64,000 bases of DNA. Source: a virus. A model generated the notes under the pieces. The model ran no database searches and was not told where the DNA came from. It saw nothing but the letters and a program-made list of their open reading frames with translations. The translations under genes were made by a program, and so were the position numbers. The stretch covers positions 1-64,000 of IMG/VR virus record IMGVR_UViG_3300046096_000411; one strand, given 5' to 3'. Below, piece after piece: positions 1 to 8,371 of the stretch. Each line of letters starts with the position of its first letter. Position 1 is the stretch's first letter.

Positions 1-63
1 GGGTTGCCAGCGGGCTTGCAAAGACGATGGTGCGGGATTTTGGGAGTTGGATTAGTGTGGTCA

Positions 64-1734
64 TTACGTGTAGCTGGTGTAGATTGGGACATAGCCGTAA
101 AAATTATTAGAAGTGTCGTAAATCGGTAAAACGCCCTTGACTGTTGCAACTGAGGATGCTGATGCCCTACCGTCTGTTGCGATGTATCCGTCATTTCTAA
201 TCGCAAACAACTTTGCCCCAGTGTGATTTTTTACACCCATAATCTGAATATCAGCACTAGACCCGCCAACTTGCTTAAAGAACATACCCAAAGTGTCGCG
301 CTCCACTGAATTGTAGGAAGTCACGCCATCGGTGTACGCAAAGTTCAATGCGCCGGAGATGGTCGGGGAAATGAAACGCTTCGACGGCCCCACCGAGATA
401 GTGTTGTTCAGGCTCTGGGTATAGAACCCGGTCGGCAACGACGCGGCAGTTTGCGTTGTGATGTAGATATCGCTTTGCTGAATCGTGTCCCCACCAGAGT
501 CAACAAGATTGACTGCAGCCGTTACCGCAACGCCGCCAACGTCAAGGAAAATCTGGCAGTGCTCAGAATATCCCCCGAGCCCGCTAGACCCGGCCGTAGC
601 ACCGCCAATTTGCGCGATGTAGTCGCAGTTGCTCTTGTCGCCGACAATTTTGATCTGCGAGTTCTTGGCATAGGTGCAAACCAGCGCATCGACAACCGTG
701 TCGTATGTTGCCCATGCGCCCCCGGCTGGATTTAACCTGCGAGCCGCAATCGACTTTGTTGTAATGATCTGCGCGTCGATCTGAACACCGTGAGCACGAC
801 TCAGCACTACATCATGCTGGCAGTTTATGAACTGCCCACGAACCTTGAAACCCATAGTCATACCGGACGAAAGAGCGCCCGTTGCCTCGCCTGCTGAGAA
901 TACCGCTCCGATGTGGCAATTCTCAGCCACTATATCGACATCAATGGAGTGCTTTTTACTTGCGAAGTTCACTAAGTCGATCTCAAGACCAACGCCGTAG
1001 ACGCAGCCTTTAGCATAAATGTGCGTTGCCTTAATCGTCCCGCACTCAGTCGCTGGTGTTCCAGGCTGGATACTAAACGCTTTTCCTCCATCAAGATAGC
1101 TCGGGCCGGACTTCTCAATGTATGGCAAGTCATCCATCCAAATCTTATCGAAAGTGAGATTGTCAAATCCACCAACGATTGAGATGCCGTTCGACCCCGC
1201 TCCGGTGGAGCCGGATAGGCTGGCTGTGATCTTCATGTTGCGGATGTGCAGGTTCTTGATCGAGTATAGGTTCAGCACATCGGCCCCATCAACAGAGTCC
1301 GACCGCAGAATCGTATTCGGCCCGTCGCCGTAGATTGTTATGTTCTGACAATCAATCAACGTGGTCGCTGGGTAGTCCGTGTTCTTGAATGGCATGTTGT
1401 TCACGCCGCTGCTGTAAACCCCCGCAGGAAAATACAAGTCCTTACCATTGGCAAGACAGTAGGTCCATGCCGTCGCAATCTTGGTGTACTCGTCAGAGCC
1501 ATCACCCACTGCACCAAAATCTTTAACGCTCACACTCTCGCGCAGTTTACTCTGCACAGTAGTAGCAACCGCACCAGTTCCAGCGGGGGTGTACCCCGGA
1601 TAAATCTTCAACACCCAGTCAGCCAACGCGCCAAGCAAGGTCTTCTTGGTAACGCCGGCATTCACCACTGGCATGGCGTCCGCAGCATTCAGCTCTGCCG
1701 CCTGGGTCATTTCGGAAATTTTGATGATCGACAT
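64..1734 (-). CDS. Tailspike / receptor-binding protein with pectate-lyase-like beta-helix
   Basis: N-terminal KISEM anchor, then GTGAVATTVQSKLRESVSVKDFGAVGDG...LYFPAGVY typical of tailspike beta-helix entry; last gene of tail module; visibly more AT-rich than flanks. Confidence 0.85.
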   Translation of the reverse strand: MSIIKISEMTQAAELNAADAMPVVNAGVTKKTLLGALADWVLKIYPGYTPAGTGAVATTVQSKLRESVSVKDFGAVGDGSDEYTKIATAWTYCLANGKDLYFPAGVYSSGVNNMPFKNTDYPATTLIDCQNITIYGDGPNTILRSDSVDGADVLNLYSIKNLHIRNMKITASLSGSTGAGSNGISIVGGFDNLTFDKIWMDDLPYIEKSGPSYLDGGKAFSIQPGTPATECGTIKATHIYAKGCVYGVGLEIDLVNFASKKHSIDVDIVAENCHIGAVFSAGEATGALSSGMTMGFKVRGQFINCQHDVVLSRAHGVQIDAQIITTKSIAARRLNPAGGAWATYDTVVDALVCTYAKNSQIKIVGDKSNCDYIAQIGGATAGSSGLGGYSEHCQIFLDVGGVAVTAAVNLVDSGGDTIQQSDIYITTQTAASLPTGFYTQSLNNTISVGPSKRFISPTISGALNFAYTDGVTSYNSVERDTLGMFFKQVGGSSADIQIMGVKNHTGAKLFAIRNDGYIATDGRASASSVATVKGVLPIYDTSNNFYGYVPIYTSYT

Positions 1735-1766
1735 TGCATTACTCCATTTTTTCTAATCGCCCGACG

Positions 1767-3137
1767 TCACTCTTCCACCCCAACGAGGCGGCCGCTTTCG
1801 GTCAGGATGTAAAACTCGTTCTCAGCTGCCACGGTCGTGACTGGCGACACCACTGCAGCCAGCTGCTCGCCATCTTCTGTGGTGAGGTTTTCGGACGCCT
1901 CAGTGAGCAGCAGCTCCTCTGGGGTGAGCAGGCGAGTAACTTCGCTGCGCACCGCTGGTCCAATTGCCGCCCAGGTTTCGATGCCGCTCCACGTGGATGG
2001 GCGCTCCCAGCTCTGCTGGTACTCCACAGTCGCGTAGTGGGTGCGGTAGTCGCGTACATGCAGCGCCGCGCGGACGATGTACTGGAAGCCAACCCATGTC
2101 TCTCCGCCCCATGGCTCGGCCACCCAACCTTGGGGCGGCACGACGATGTGAGACAGCCCGCGTCGCACCTCGCGCACATTGAACAGCGCCGGGTGGTTGA
2201 GCACTATGCCCGCGCCGTCGCTCAAATACAGGGTGTTGTCCAGCGTCGGACCGCCATCCATCAGCACCGCACCAGACCGCTGCCGCAACACCCCCATGCG
2301 TGCCGCGTGCCCAGCGGATGCATTCACCGCCGACGTGTGGAAGATGAGTGGCGGCAGGCTAATAACGCCCGCTGCGCGGTTTCTGTTGATCACTGGCGTG
2401 ACAGCACCCCAGTCAACCGTGGCGCGTGCCACGGGCTGGATCAGGTGGTGCCCGACCCGCTGGCCGTCCTGAAACTTAGCCGACCCCGACAGCTCGGAGT
2501 TGTCGAGCTGGAAAATCTCGCGCCAGGGTTCCTCGATGCGGACATCGAACCCGGTGGCGTCGCGGATGGCCAGCTCGATGGCGCGGGCGTTGTTGCGGGC
2601 TCGGAAGGCCTCGCGCGGAATTCTCACCCGCAGAGCCGCATCGGTCTCGCCTTGCAGCCGTGGCACGCCGTACAGCGTTGCCCATAGGTCGAGCCACTCG
2701 CCGTCGGCGGTGCCAATGACCATCTGCAGCAGCGCCTGGCGCACCTGCTCCTTGGCGCCCAGCACCTCGTCGGCGTAGCCGCTCAGCAGCACCCACAGCA
2801 GGGACGTGAAGCCCATGATGTGGTCGCCGTTGGATTGCGCCTCGTCGCCCAAGCCCTCCACCAGTACGACGGCGGACAGGCCCGAGAATTTCGCAGACAG
2901 CGACTCGATGGTGAACCCGTCTGCGGTCAACGCAGTGGCCAGCCCGTCAACGGTGTACTGCCGCAGGTCGTGGCTGACGACGAGAGCCCCAGCGGTGGCT
3001 GTTAGCACCCGGTCGGCAATCGCCCAGGACGCCCCATCCGCGTGCCGCAGGCGGAACGCCAGCTCAGACGCGGGGGCGACGTCAAACACCGCGGCGTGCG
3101 GGTACTTGAGCAGCCGCTGGAGTGCCGTCTGGGTCAT
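1767..3137 (-). CDS. Baseplate wedge (gpI-like) / tail-fibre attachment protein
   Basis: Follows baseplate J; ADGEWLDLWATLYGVPRLQGETDAALRVRI motif; C-terminal LLTE/TTEDG repeats. Confidence 0.7.
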   Translation of the reverse strand: MTQTALQRLLKYPHAAVFDVAPASELAFRLRHADGASWAIADRVLTATAGALVVSHDLRQYTVDGLATALTADGFTIESLSAKFSGLSAVVLVEGLGDEAQSNGDHIMGFTSLLWVLLSGYADEVLGAKEQVRQALLQMVIGTADGEWLDLWATLYGVPRLQGETDAALRVRIPREAFRARNNARAIELAIRDATGFDVRIEEPWREIFQLDNSELSGSAKFQDGQRVGHHLIQPVARATVDWGAVTPVINRNRAAGVISLPPLIFHTSAVNASAGHAARMGVLRQRSGAVLMDGGPTLDNTLYLSDGAGIVLNHPALFNVREVRRGLSHIVVPPQGWVAEPWGGETWVGFQYIVRAALHVRDYRTHYATVEYQQSWERPSTWSGIETWAAIGPAVRSEVTRLLTPEELLLTEASENLTTEDGEQLAAVVSPVTTVAAENEFYILTESGRLVGVEE

Positions 3138-4228
3138 AGTGCCGTGACGGTTAGTGTGCCGGCGGCCAGCGCCTCACTGGGGCCGCATACGATGTTGGCA
3201 TTTGTACTGGGAACGATGGACGCCACACCTGGCGCGGCCAGCATGGCCTCGACAAGCGAGCCCAGATACAGCGTGGCGCCAGGCGGGACGGCTGCAAGCT
3301 CTGCAGCCATGATGTCGCCGAGGCGCTGCTCCACGGTGCTGTTGAGCGTGTAGCCGTCGAACATTCCGACCTGAACAGTCAGAGGCACGGCGCGCTCCAG
3401 CATCGGCAGCACCTGCATCTCGACGCCGGCAGACCGGTACCCCGGCGTGATGGTGCCAAGCTGGTCGTCGCGGCTTCCGTCAAGCATGGCCTGAGCGGCG
3501 ACAAGCATCTCGGACGAAGGCTCGCCGCGATTGGTGTAGAGGTAAATCCTCACCAAGCCGGGCTGCTCATCGAGCCCGGCGCGGGTGACGTATTCGAAGA
3601 CGTTGCCGTCGGCGTCCAGCACCACGGGCTCGCGCGCGGCATAGAGGCACGCATACACGGTGCCGCGCGACAGCGCGCCGACAAACTCGGCAAACCGCGC
3701 CTCGCGCTCGGCATCCGTTTCAGGGTCGCGCCCGGTGGTGATGGCTGGGTTGCTGACGGTGTAGCCGCTGCCAAACGCCGACGATACCGTAATGAGCCCG
3801 GCGGCGATGTTGCCCACCAGACCCGGCGTGCCATACGACACCGGCACGCGTACAACGGTCTGGCTTGCAGCCCATGTGACGGCGGCGGTTGACGCGTATA
3901 GGCGGCCATCCACCGCGGTGAACACCGTGCCAATAGGGATGACCAGCGGCGACACCACGGGAGCCGGGCGGGAGATGCTGACAAACCCGGACGCACGAGC
4001 AGCCGGCAGCTTGGTGAAGCCAAACGACTGGAACGTGGCCACCGGGATGGCGTCGCGCAGCCCCAAGAACATCTGGAGGTAAAGCTCTTCGATCTCGACG
4101 GCCGGGGCCTCCATGAGCGTGCGCGCCACGGAGCCCGGCTGGAAGTCGGTGATCTTGGTGGTGACGCTGCGCGCGTGGTTGATTTGCGCGGCGACGATGG
4201 AAACAAAGTCCTTCAACTGGAATGACAC
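3134..4228 (-). CDS. Baseplate J-like wedge protein
   Basis: ITDFQPGSVARTLMEA, GLVGNIAAG, GRDPETDAEREARF motifs of Baseplate_J. Confidence 0.9.
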   Translation of the reverse strand: MSFQLKDFVSIVAAQINHARSVTTKITDFQPGSVARTLMEAPAVEIEELYLQMFLGLRDAIPVATFQSFGFTKLPAARASGFVSISRPAPVVSPLVIPIGTVFTAVDGRLYASTAAVTWAASQTVVRVPVSYGTPGLVGNIAAGLITVSSAFGSGYTVSNPAITTGRDPETDAEREARFAEFVGALSRGTVYACLYAAREPVVLDADGNVFEYVTRAGLDEQPGLVRIYLYTNRGEPSSEMLVAAQAMLDGSRDDQLGTITPGYRSAGVEMQVLPMLERAVPLTVQVGMFDGYTLNSTVEQRLGDIMAAELAAVPPGATLYLGSLVEAMLAAPGVASIVPSTNANIVCGPSEALAAGTLTVTAL

Positions 4229-4236
4229 GTGAATCC

Positions 4237-4854
4237 TTAATTGTTGACCACGAGGTCAACAGCACTACCCTCAATCGCCACCGCGCGAGCGGTGACCTTG
4301 ACGGCATCAAACTGCACATCGGCGCGCGAGAAATCGACGCTCGCCACCCTGTAATCGGCCTCTAGCGCAGACTGCACATACTGAGCACCAAGCAACCCAG
4401 CCACAGGGCCATTCATCGACCCCAAGAGCCGCCAAACACGGCAGCCGTACTCCGGGTGCCGTCTGGCCTGCCCGGTGGGCGTGATGAGCCTGTGCTCAAG
4501 CTGCTGGCGCAAGTTGTCCAGCCCGGCGTGCACCATGATATCGCCGGCGCCATCATCCTGGAGCTGCCGTCCAACCATGGCGCAATCGCGCTCGTAGACT
4601 TGGCCGCGCTCGGCATCGTCGGTCCACACACCCACAGGCGCCGGAACTTTCAGCCCGGCACCGCTGAGCACAACGCCCGGCGCGACGCGCTGCGGGTCGT
4701 CGGTGATGTATGGCCAAACCAGCTTGTTCAACCAAACCAGCTCCACCCAACGGTTTGCGTCGCCCAGCTCTCGCGCTGCAACGGCCTGCAGGTCGTCGCC
4801 GCGATGCGACTCGACCAGGCGGTAATTCGGCTCGCTGCGCTCAAACTCGCTCAC
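4237..4854 (-). CDS. LysM-like + gp25/gpW-like baseplate wedge protein
   Basis: GDDLQAVAARELGDANRWVELVWLN (LysM-like) followed by GLDNLRQQLEHRLITPTG...HPEYG...DYRVASV (gp25-like). Confidence 0.8.
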   Translation of the reverse strand: MSEFERSEPNYRLVESHRGDDLQAVAARELGDANRWVELVWLNKLVWPYITDDPQRVAPGVVLSGAGLKVPAPVGVWTDDAERGQVYERDCAMVGRQLQDDGAGDIMVHAGLDNLRQQLEHRLITPTGQARRHPEYGCRVWRLLGSMNGPVAGLLGAQYVQSALEADYRVASVDFSRADVQFDAVKVTARAVAIEGSAVDLVVNN

Positions 4855-6038
4855 GTTGCCACCCCCACGCCGCCCGATATGACCGAGGTCAACCGACCGA
4901 TTTCACCCATGGGGACAGGAGCCAGCACAGGGTCCATGCCGACCAGAGTCGATATGCTGCCACGCGCTGCACTAGTAACCGAGACAGGGCCTTTGTCGGG
5001 CGTCATCAGCTCGAAGACGTTGAGGTTGGCATACGGGCTGTATGGGCGGCCGCCAGTCGTGCTGGAGCAATTCGATGCCCCGTAAAGGCCCGTGTACTGC
5101 TCGTAGACTTTGCGCGGGCGCAGGCTGTTAGCGAAAATGCACAGGGCCTCGTTGTAGGCTGCGGCGACGTTTGAAATTTTGGAGCGAATGTCGCCGGGCA
5201 ATCCAGCAATCGAACTCACGACTCGAAACACGTTCAACCCGACACTAGCCAGACTACTGGCCACCGAAATCAAGCGGTTGCCGACGCCGGTCGCCAAGTT
5301 GTTTGAGTCACGCAGCACGCTGAGAACCGAGCTCAACACGCCATTGGTCGTGAGCACAAACCCGGCAATTGCCTCGGAAACCCCAGAGAATACGCCGTCA
5401 ACAGCGCCCAGCGCCTCGTCAACCCAGCTCTTTACGTTGGGCTGGTATGACACCAAGCGGCCGATTGTGCGATCCAGCGCAATAACACCGTTGGCCGGGC
5501 TTCCGTAGCCGGGCCCGAGTTTCACGGACGCCGACACCGACGTGCTGACGGCCTGCAATGTGATGTTGTACTGCCAGAGCAGAGGCCGCGACTTGGAGCG
5601 ACGCAGCACAAACTGAGTCGGCACCACGGACCACGCAAAGTTGTCCAGCGTGTCAATAAAAAGAAGTTTTACGAGCGCAGGGTCGATACCGTAATCAATC
5701 GCCGACTGTTTGGCGTCGTGGTAGTCGTGCACCACAAGCTGATTCAGGGCGTCAAACGCCTGAGCGCCGTCCATCCCGGTACCCAGCGCCTGGCGCCAGC
5801 CGGTGTGTCCGGAGATCGTAAGCGACGGCATCCCGGCGCCGAAGTTGTCAACCCAGCCTTTGACGTCGCCATGCGCCAGCGTCTGGTGCACGGCAGAGCG
5901 CGAAGGCTCGTTGCGGGTCAGGTCTTCGGGTCGAATATTGAGGCTGACCGCGCGCCCAACGGCGCCCACGTTGTCCAACGCGAACGCAATCGGACGAACT
6001 CCGGCTCGCTGTTCTGTGGGCGCAGGGCGGTCAATCAT
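4851..6038 (-). CDS. Baseplate / tail-tube initiator-like protein
   Basis: 395 aa between spike and wedge genes; LTISGHTG and YNITLQ tube-like strands; has own GTCGTGA promoter. Confidence 0.6.
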   Translation of the reverse strand: MIDRPAPTEQRAGVRPIAFALDNVGAVGRAVSLNIRPEDLTRNEPSRSAVHQTLAHGDVKGWVDNFGAGMPSLTISGHTGWRQALGTGMDGAQAFDALNQLVVHDYHDAKQSAIDYGIDPALVKLLFIDTLDNFAWSVVPTQFVLRRSKSRPLLWQYNITLQAVSTSVSASVKLGPGYGSPANGVIALDRTIGRLVSYQPNVKSWVDEALGAVDGVFSGVSEAIAGFVLTTNGVLSSVLSVLRDSNNLATGVGNRLISVASSLASVGLNVFRVVSSIAGLPGDIRSKISNVAAAYNEALCIFANSLRPRKVYEQYTGLYGASNCSSTTGGRPYSPYANLNVFELMTPDKGPVSVTSAARGSISTLVGMDPVLAPVPMGEIGRLTSVISGGVGVAT

Positions 6039-6060
6039 CCCGCCATTCTTGCGTCACGAC
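6039..6060 (-). promoter_or_regulatory. Late-promoter motif, leaderless (GTCGTGA cgca AGAAT ggcggg ATG)
   Basis: TCACGAC at 6054-6060, 15 nt before ATG at 6038. Confidence 0.8.
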
Positions 6061-6069
6061 GACAGCAGA

Positions 6070-6813
6070 TCAGCCGACGGGCGGGTCGGTGTTGGCCGGG
6101 CCACGCAGGATGCCGCTATGCACGTGCTCCAGGAAGCTGATGCCTTCAATCGTCACGTCGCCATCCACCACGACAGGGCCGGTGATATGGGTGCTCGGCG
6201 TATCGAGCGTGACGGACGGAGCCTTGATGGTAAGCGCCTCGGCGAACTCCAGCGCGCCACCCTTGGACACCGTCAAGCTGAGCGCGCCGTCGGGCGTCAG
6301 GCTCAAATCGAACGCTCCAGGCACGAACACGCGCACCCCGATATTGCGCCCGGTGTTGCGGTCAAGAGCGAGGTTCTTGTCCACGTTCTTACCGCCCAGG
6401 TCTTCGTGCTCCAGGCTTTCGGCAAACCGCACAAAGGCCCCGCTGGGGTGGTGCAGCTCCATGTTGCCGCTGGCATCCACGGTGGAGTAAACGTCGGACG
6501 TGTGGCGCGTGAAGGCGCGGTCCTGCTCCTTGAATGTCATCTGCGAAATTTGCGGGAACAGGTAGCCAACCACGACCGGGTTGTTTCTCACAAACCCGAC
6601 GAGCGCAATCTGGTCCTGCCCATTGCGCTTGGTGATGTCCCACTTGTCCGCACGCGCCGGCACGCTCGGCATATTGACCGAGCCCGAGCGGGCGCTGCCG
6701 TTTGGAGTGAGCACCTGCACACCGATCATGCGGGAGCCGTCGTCCATCATGACCAAATCGACGGAGTGATCCTCCGGGTGGACATCCACCACGATACCCT
6801 GACGCATACTCAT
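6070..6813 (-). CDS. Baseplate central spike (gpV/gp45-like)
   Basis: N-terminal OB-fold-like region; C-terminal beta repeats ending SFLEHVHSG (HxH metal-binding tip). Confidence 0.85.
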   Translation of the reverse strand: MSMRQGIVVDVHPEDHSVDLVMMDDGSRMIGVQVLTPNGSARSGSVNMPSVPARADKWDITKRNGQDQIALVGFVRNNPVVVGYLFPQISQMTFKEQDRAFTRHTSDVYSTVDASGNMELHHPSGAFVRFAESLEHEDLGGKNVDKNLALDRNTGRNIGVRVFVPGAFDLSLTPDGALSLTVSKGGALEFAEALTIKAPSVTLDTPSTHITGPVVVDGDVTIEGISFLEHVHSGILRGPANTDPPVG

Positions 6814-8366
6814 GGCAGCACCCCAAATCGGCTGGATTGCTCAACAAGCCACGGCGAGGACGACTGCCCCTCCATAGCCGTGCGCAACGCAAAACCCTCG
6901 CCGCGCTCGAATGTGAGCGTGGTCACGTAGCCTTGGTACGGGATGAACTCCTGGTCCACCTGGACGATGTAGGCGTCCCACACCATGCGCCCGACAACAA
7001 AGCGGGCGCAGTCGCCGGCCTTCAGCATTTCCGCGCTACCGGGGCGCATAAGCCCACCCTTGATGCGGGCTGTGCCGCGCTCCAGAACGACGTTGTCCCG
7101 GTTCATTTCCATCATGTGGCGGCGACGGCGCTCGATCCACGCCTCCTGCTTGACCGACCGCTCGTCGTGCTCCTTTTCAGGCTGCCCGCTTTGCTGGTTG
7201 GTGATTTCGTCCCCGGCCTGCTGCGTCTCGGCATACATGGGCCGCACGCCGTAATACTTCACGGCGGTGTTGGGGTATTCGCGGGTGGAAACAGTTTCGC
7301 TGTTTTCAGCGATGGCCGACAGCTTGCGCTGCATGTCATCAATCAGGTCAAAGCGGCTGTTGTTGACCCAGTAGAAGTTAGCCACCGCGGCATCGGTCCG
7401 CATCACGGACATGCTCACGATGTGCTCATCCAGCACCAGCACATAAATGGGGTCGGGCGCATCGTCCTGAATTTTGCGGTCGGTGGAGCCTTCCGGCGCC
7501 GTGAGGTGCAGAGCCGGGATGGCCCGGTACACGCAGTGCACGCCGTCCTCGCGGTCTTCCACGTACAGCTCGTTCCAGACGCCAACATCGCCGTGCAGGC
7601 GCATGATGTCCCAGAGCGAGCCCTGCATGGATTGAAACGACTGGTTCACCGACCCGTGCTTGACCGAGATGCTGTCGCCGGTCTGTATTTTTTTCGGAAT
7701 GTCCGAAGGCAGCGTGTCTGGCAGAAAGCCAGCCAGGTGCGGGTTGATGATCTTCTCGACCATCTGCCGAATGAACTCCCCAGCCGGCAGGGCCGCGACC
7801 ACGCTGACGCCAAAGAGCTCCGACAGGTTGAAGCTGGTGAGCAACGCCTTGCCTTCGACATAGGACGGCAGGTGCAGCACCTGGAACGTCTGCCAGATTT
7901 TCCCGTAGTCCTGCCCGGTGATGGTCACCTGCCGCTGCGGCGTGCCGTCTTGGCCCATGCTCTGACTGCGGTGCACCTCGGACACGAAGCCGCGCATGAC
8001 GATGGGGTACTTGCCGCCAAGCGGCGCAGGGCCGACCCCGCTCCACATGCGTATCTCGATCACGTCCATGGGCTCCACGAGGCCGTAGACGCTCTCCAGC
8101 GACTGGAAACCGGGAGGCGTGAAGTTCGACACCCAGTCCTTCTGAGCGGCATCCATGAAAGTGATGGACCAGCCACCGGCGGGCTCGCGCACCGACTTGC
8201 TCGTCCGCACGGATGAGCCGTCCCCAAGAAATGGGGACAGATCAATATAGGGGTCTTTTCCTTGGTACCGTGTGGATACGCCTGACTTGCCGTCAATCGT
8301 CCGGCGGTCAATGGTTTTGAAAAGCCATACCGCGCAGCGCGGGGTTGCATCTTGAAGCGTTGCCAT
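6810..8366 (-). CDS. Baseplate hub protein (gp27/gpD-like)
   Basis: MRGFVSEV...VTITGQDYGK motif; position between tape measure and spike. Confidence 0.75.
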   Translation of the reverse strand: MATLQDATPRCAVWLFKTIDRRTIDGKSGVSTRYQGKDPYIDLSPFLGDGSSVRTSKSVREPAGGWSITFMDAAQKDWVSNFTPPGFQSLESVYGLVEPMDVIEIRMWSGVGPAPLGGKYPIVMRGFVSEVHRSQSMGQDGTPQRQVTITGQDYGKIWQTFQVLHLPSYVEGKALLTSFNLSELFGVSVVAALPAGEFIRQMVEKIINPHLAGFLPDTLPSDIPKKIQTGDSISVKHGSVNQSFQSMQGSLWDIMRLHGDVGVWNELYVEDREDGVHCVYRAIPALHLTAPEGSTDRKIQDDAPDPIYVLVLDEHIVSMSVMRTDAAVANFYWVNNSRFDLIDDMQRKLSAIAENSETVSTREYPNTAVKYYGVRPMYAETQQAGDEITNQQSGQPEKEHDERSVKQEAWIERRRRHMMEMNRDNVVLERGTARIKGGLMRPGSAEMLKAGDCARFVVGRMVWDAYIVQVDQEFIPYQGYVTTLTFERGEGFALRTAMEGQSSSPWLVEQSSRFGVLP

Positions 8367-8371
8367 GGCCG

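Noticed and set aside
64-1734. Diversity-generating retroelement acting on the tailspike
   Set aside because: No reverse transcriptase and no TR/VR repeat pair seen in the window
5216-5222. Intragenic GTCGTGA copies (also 59191 on minus; about 1834, 5347, 13324, 17012, 17703, 37469, 47635 on plus)
   Set aside because: They lack the A-N3-T element at the right spacing and have no start codon 15 nt downstream; treated as background
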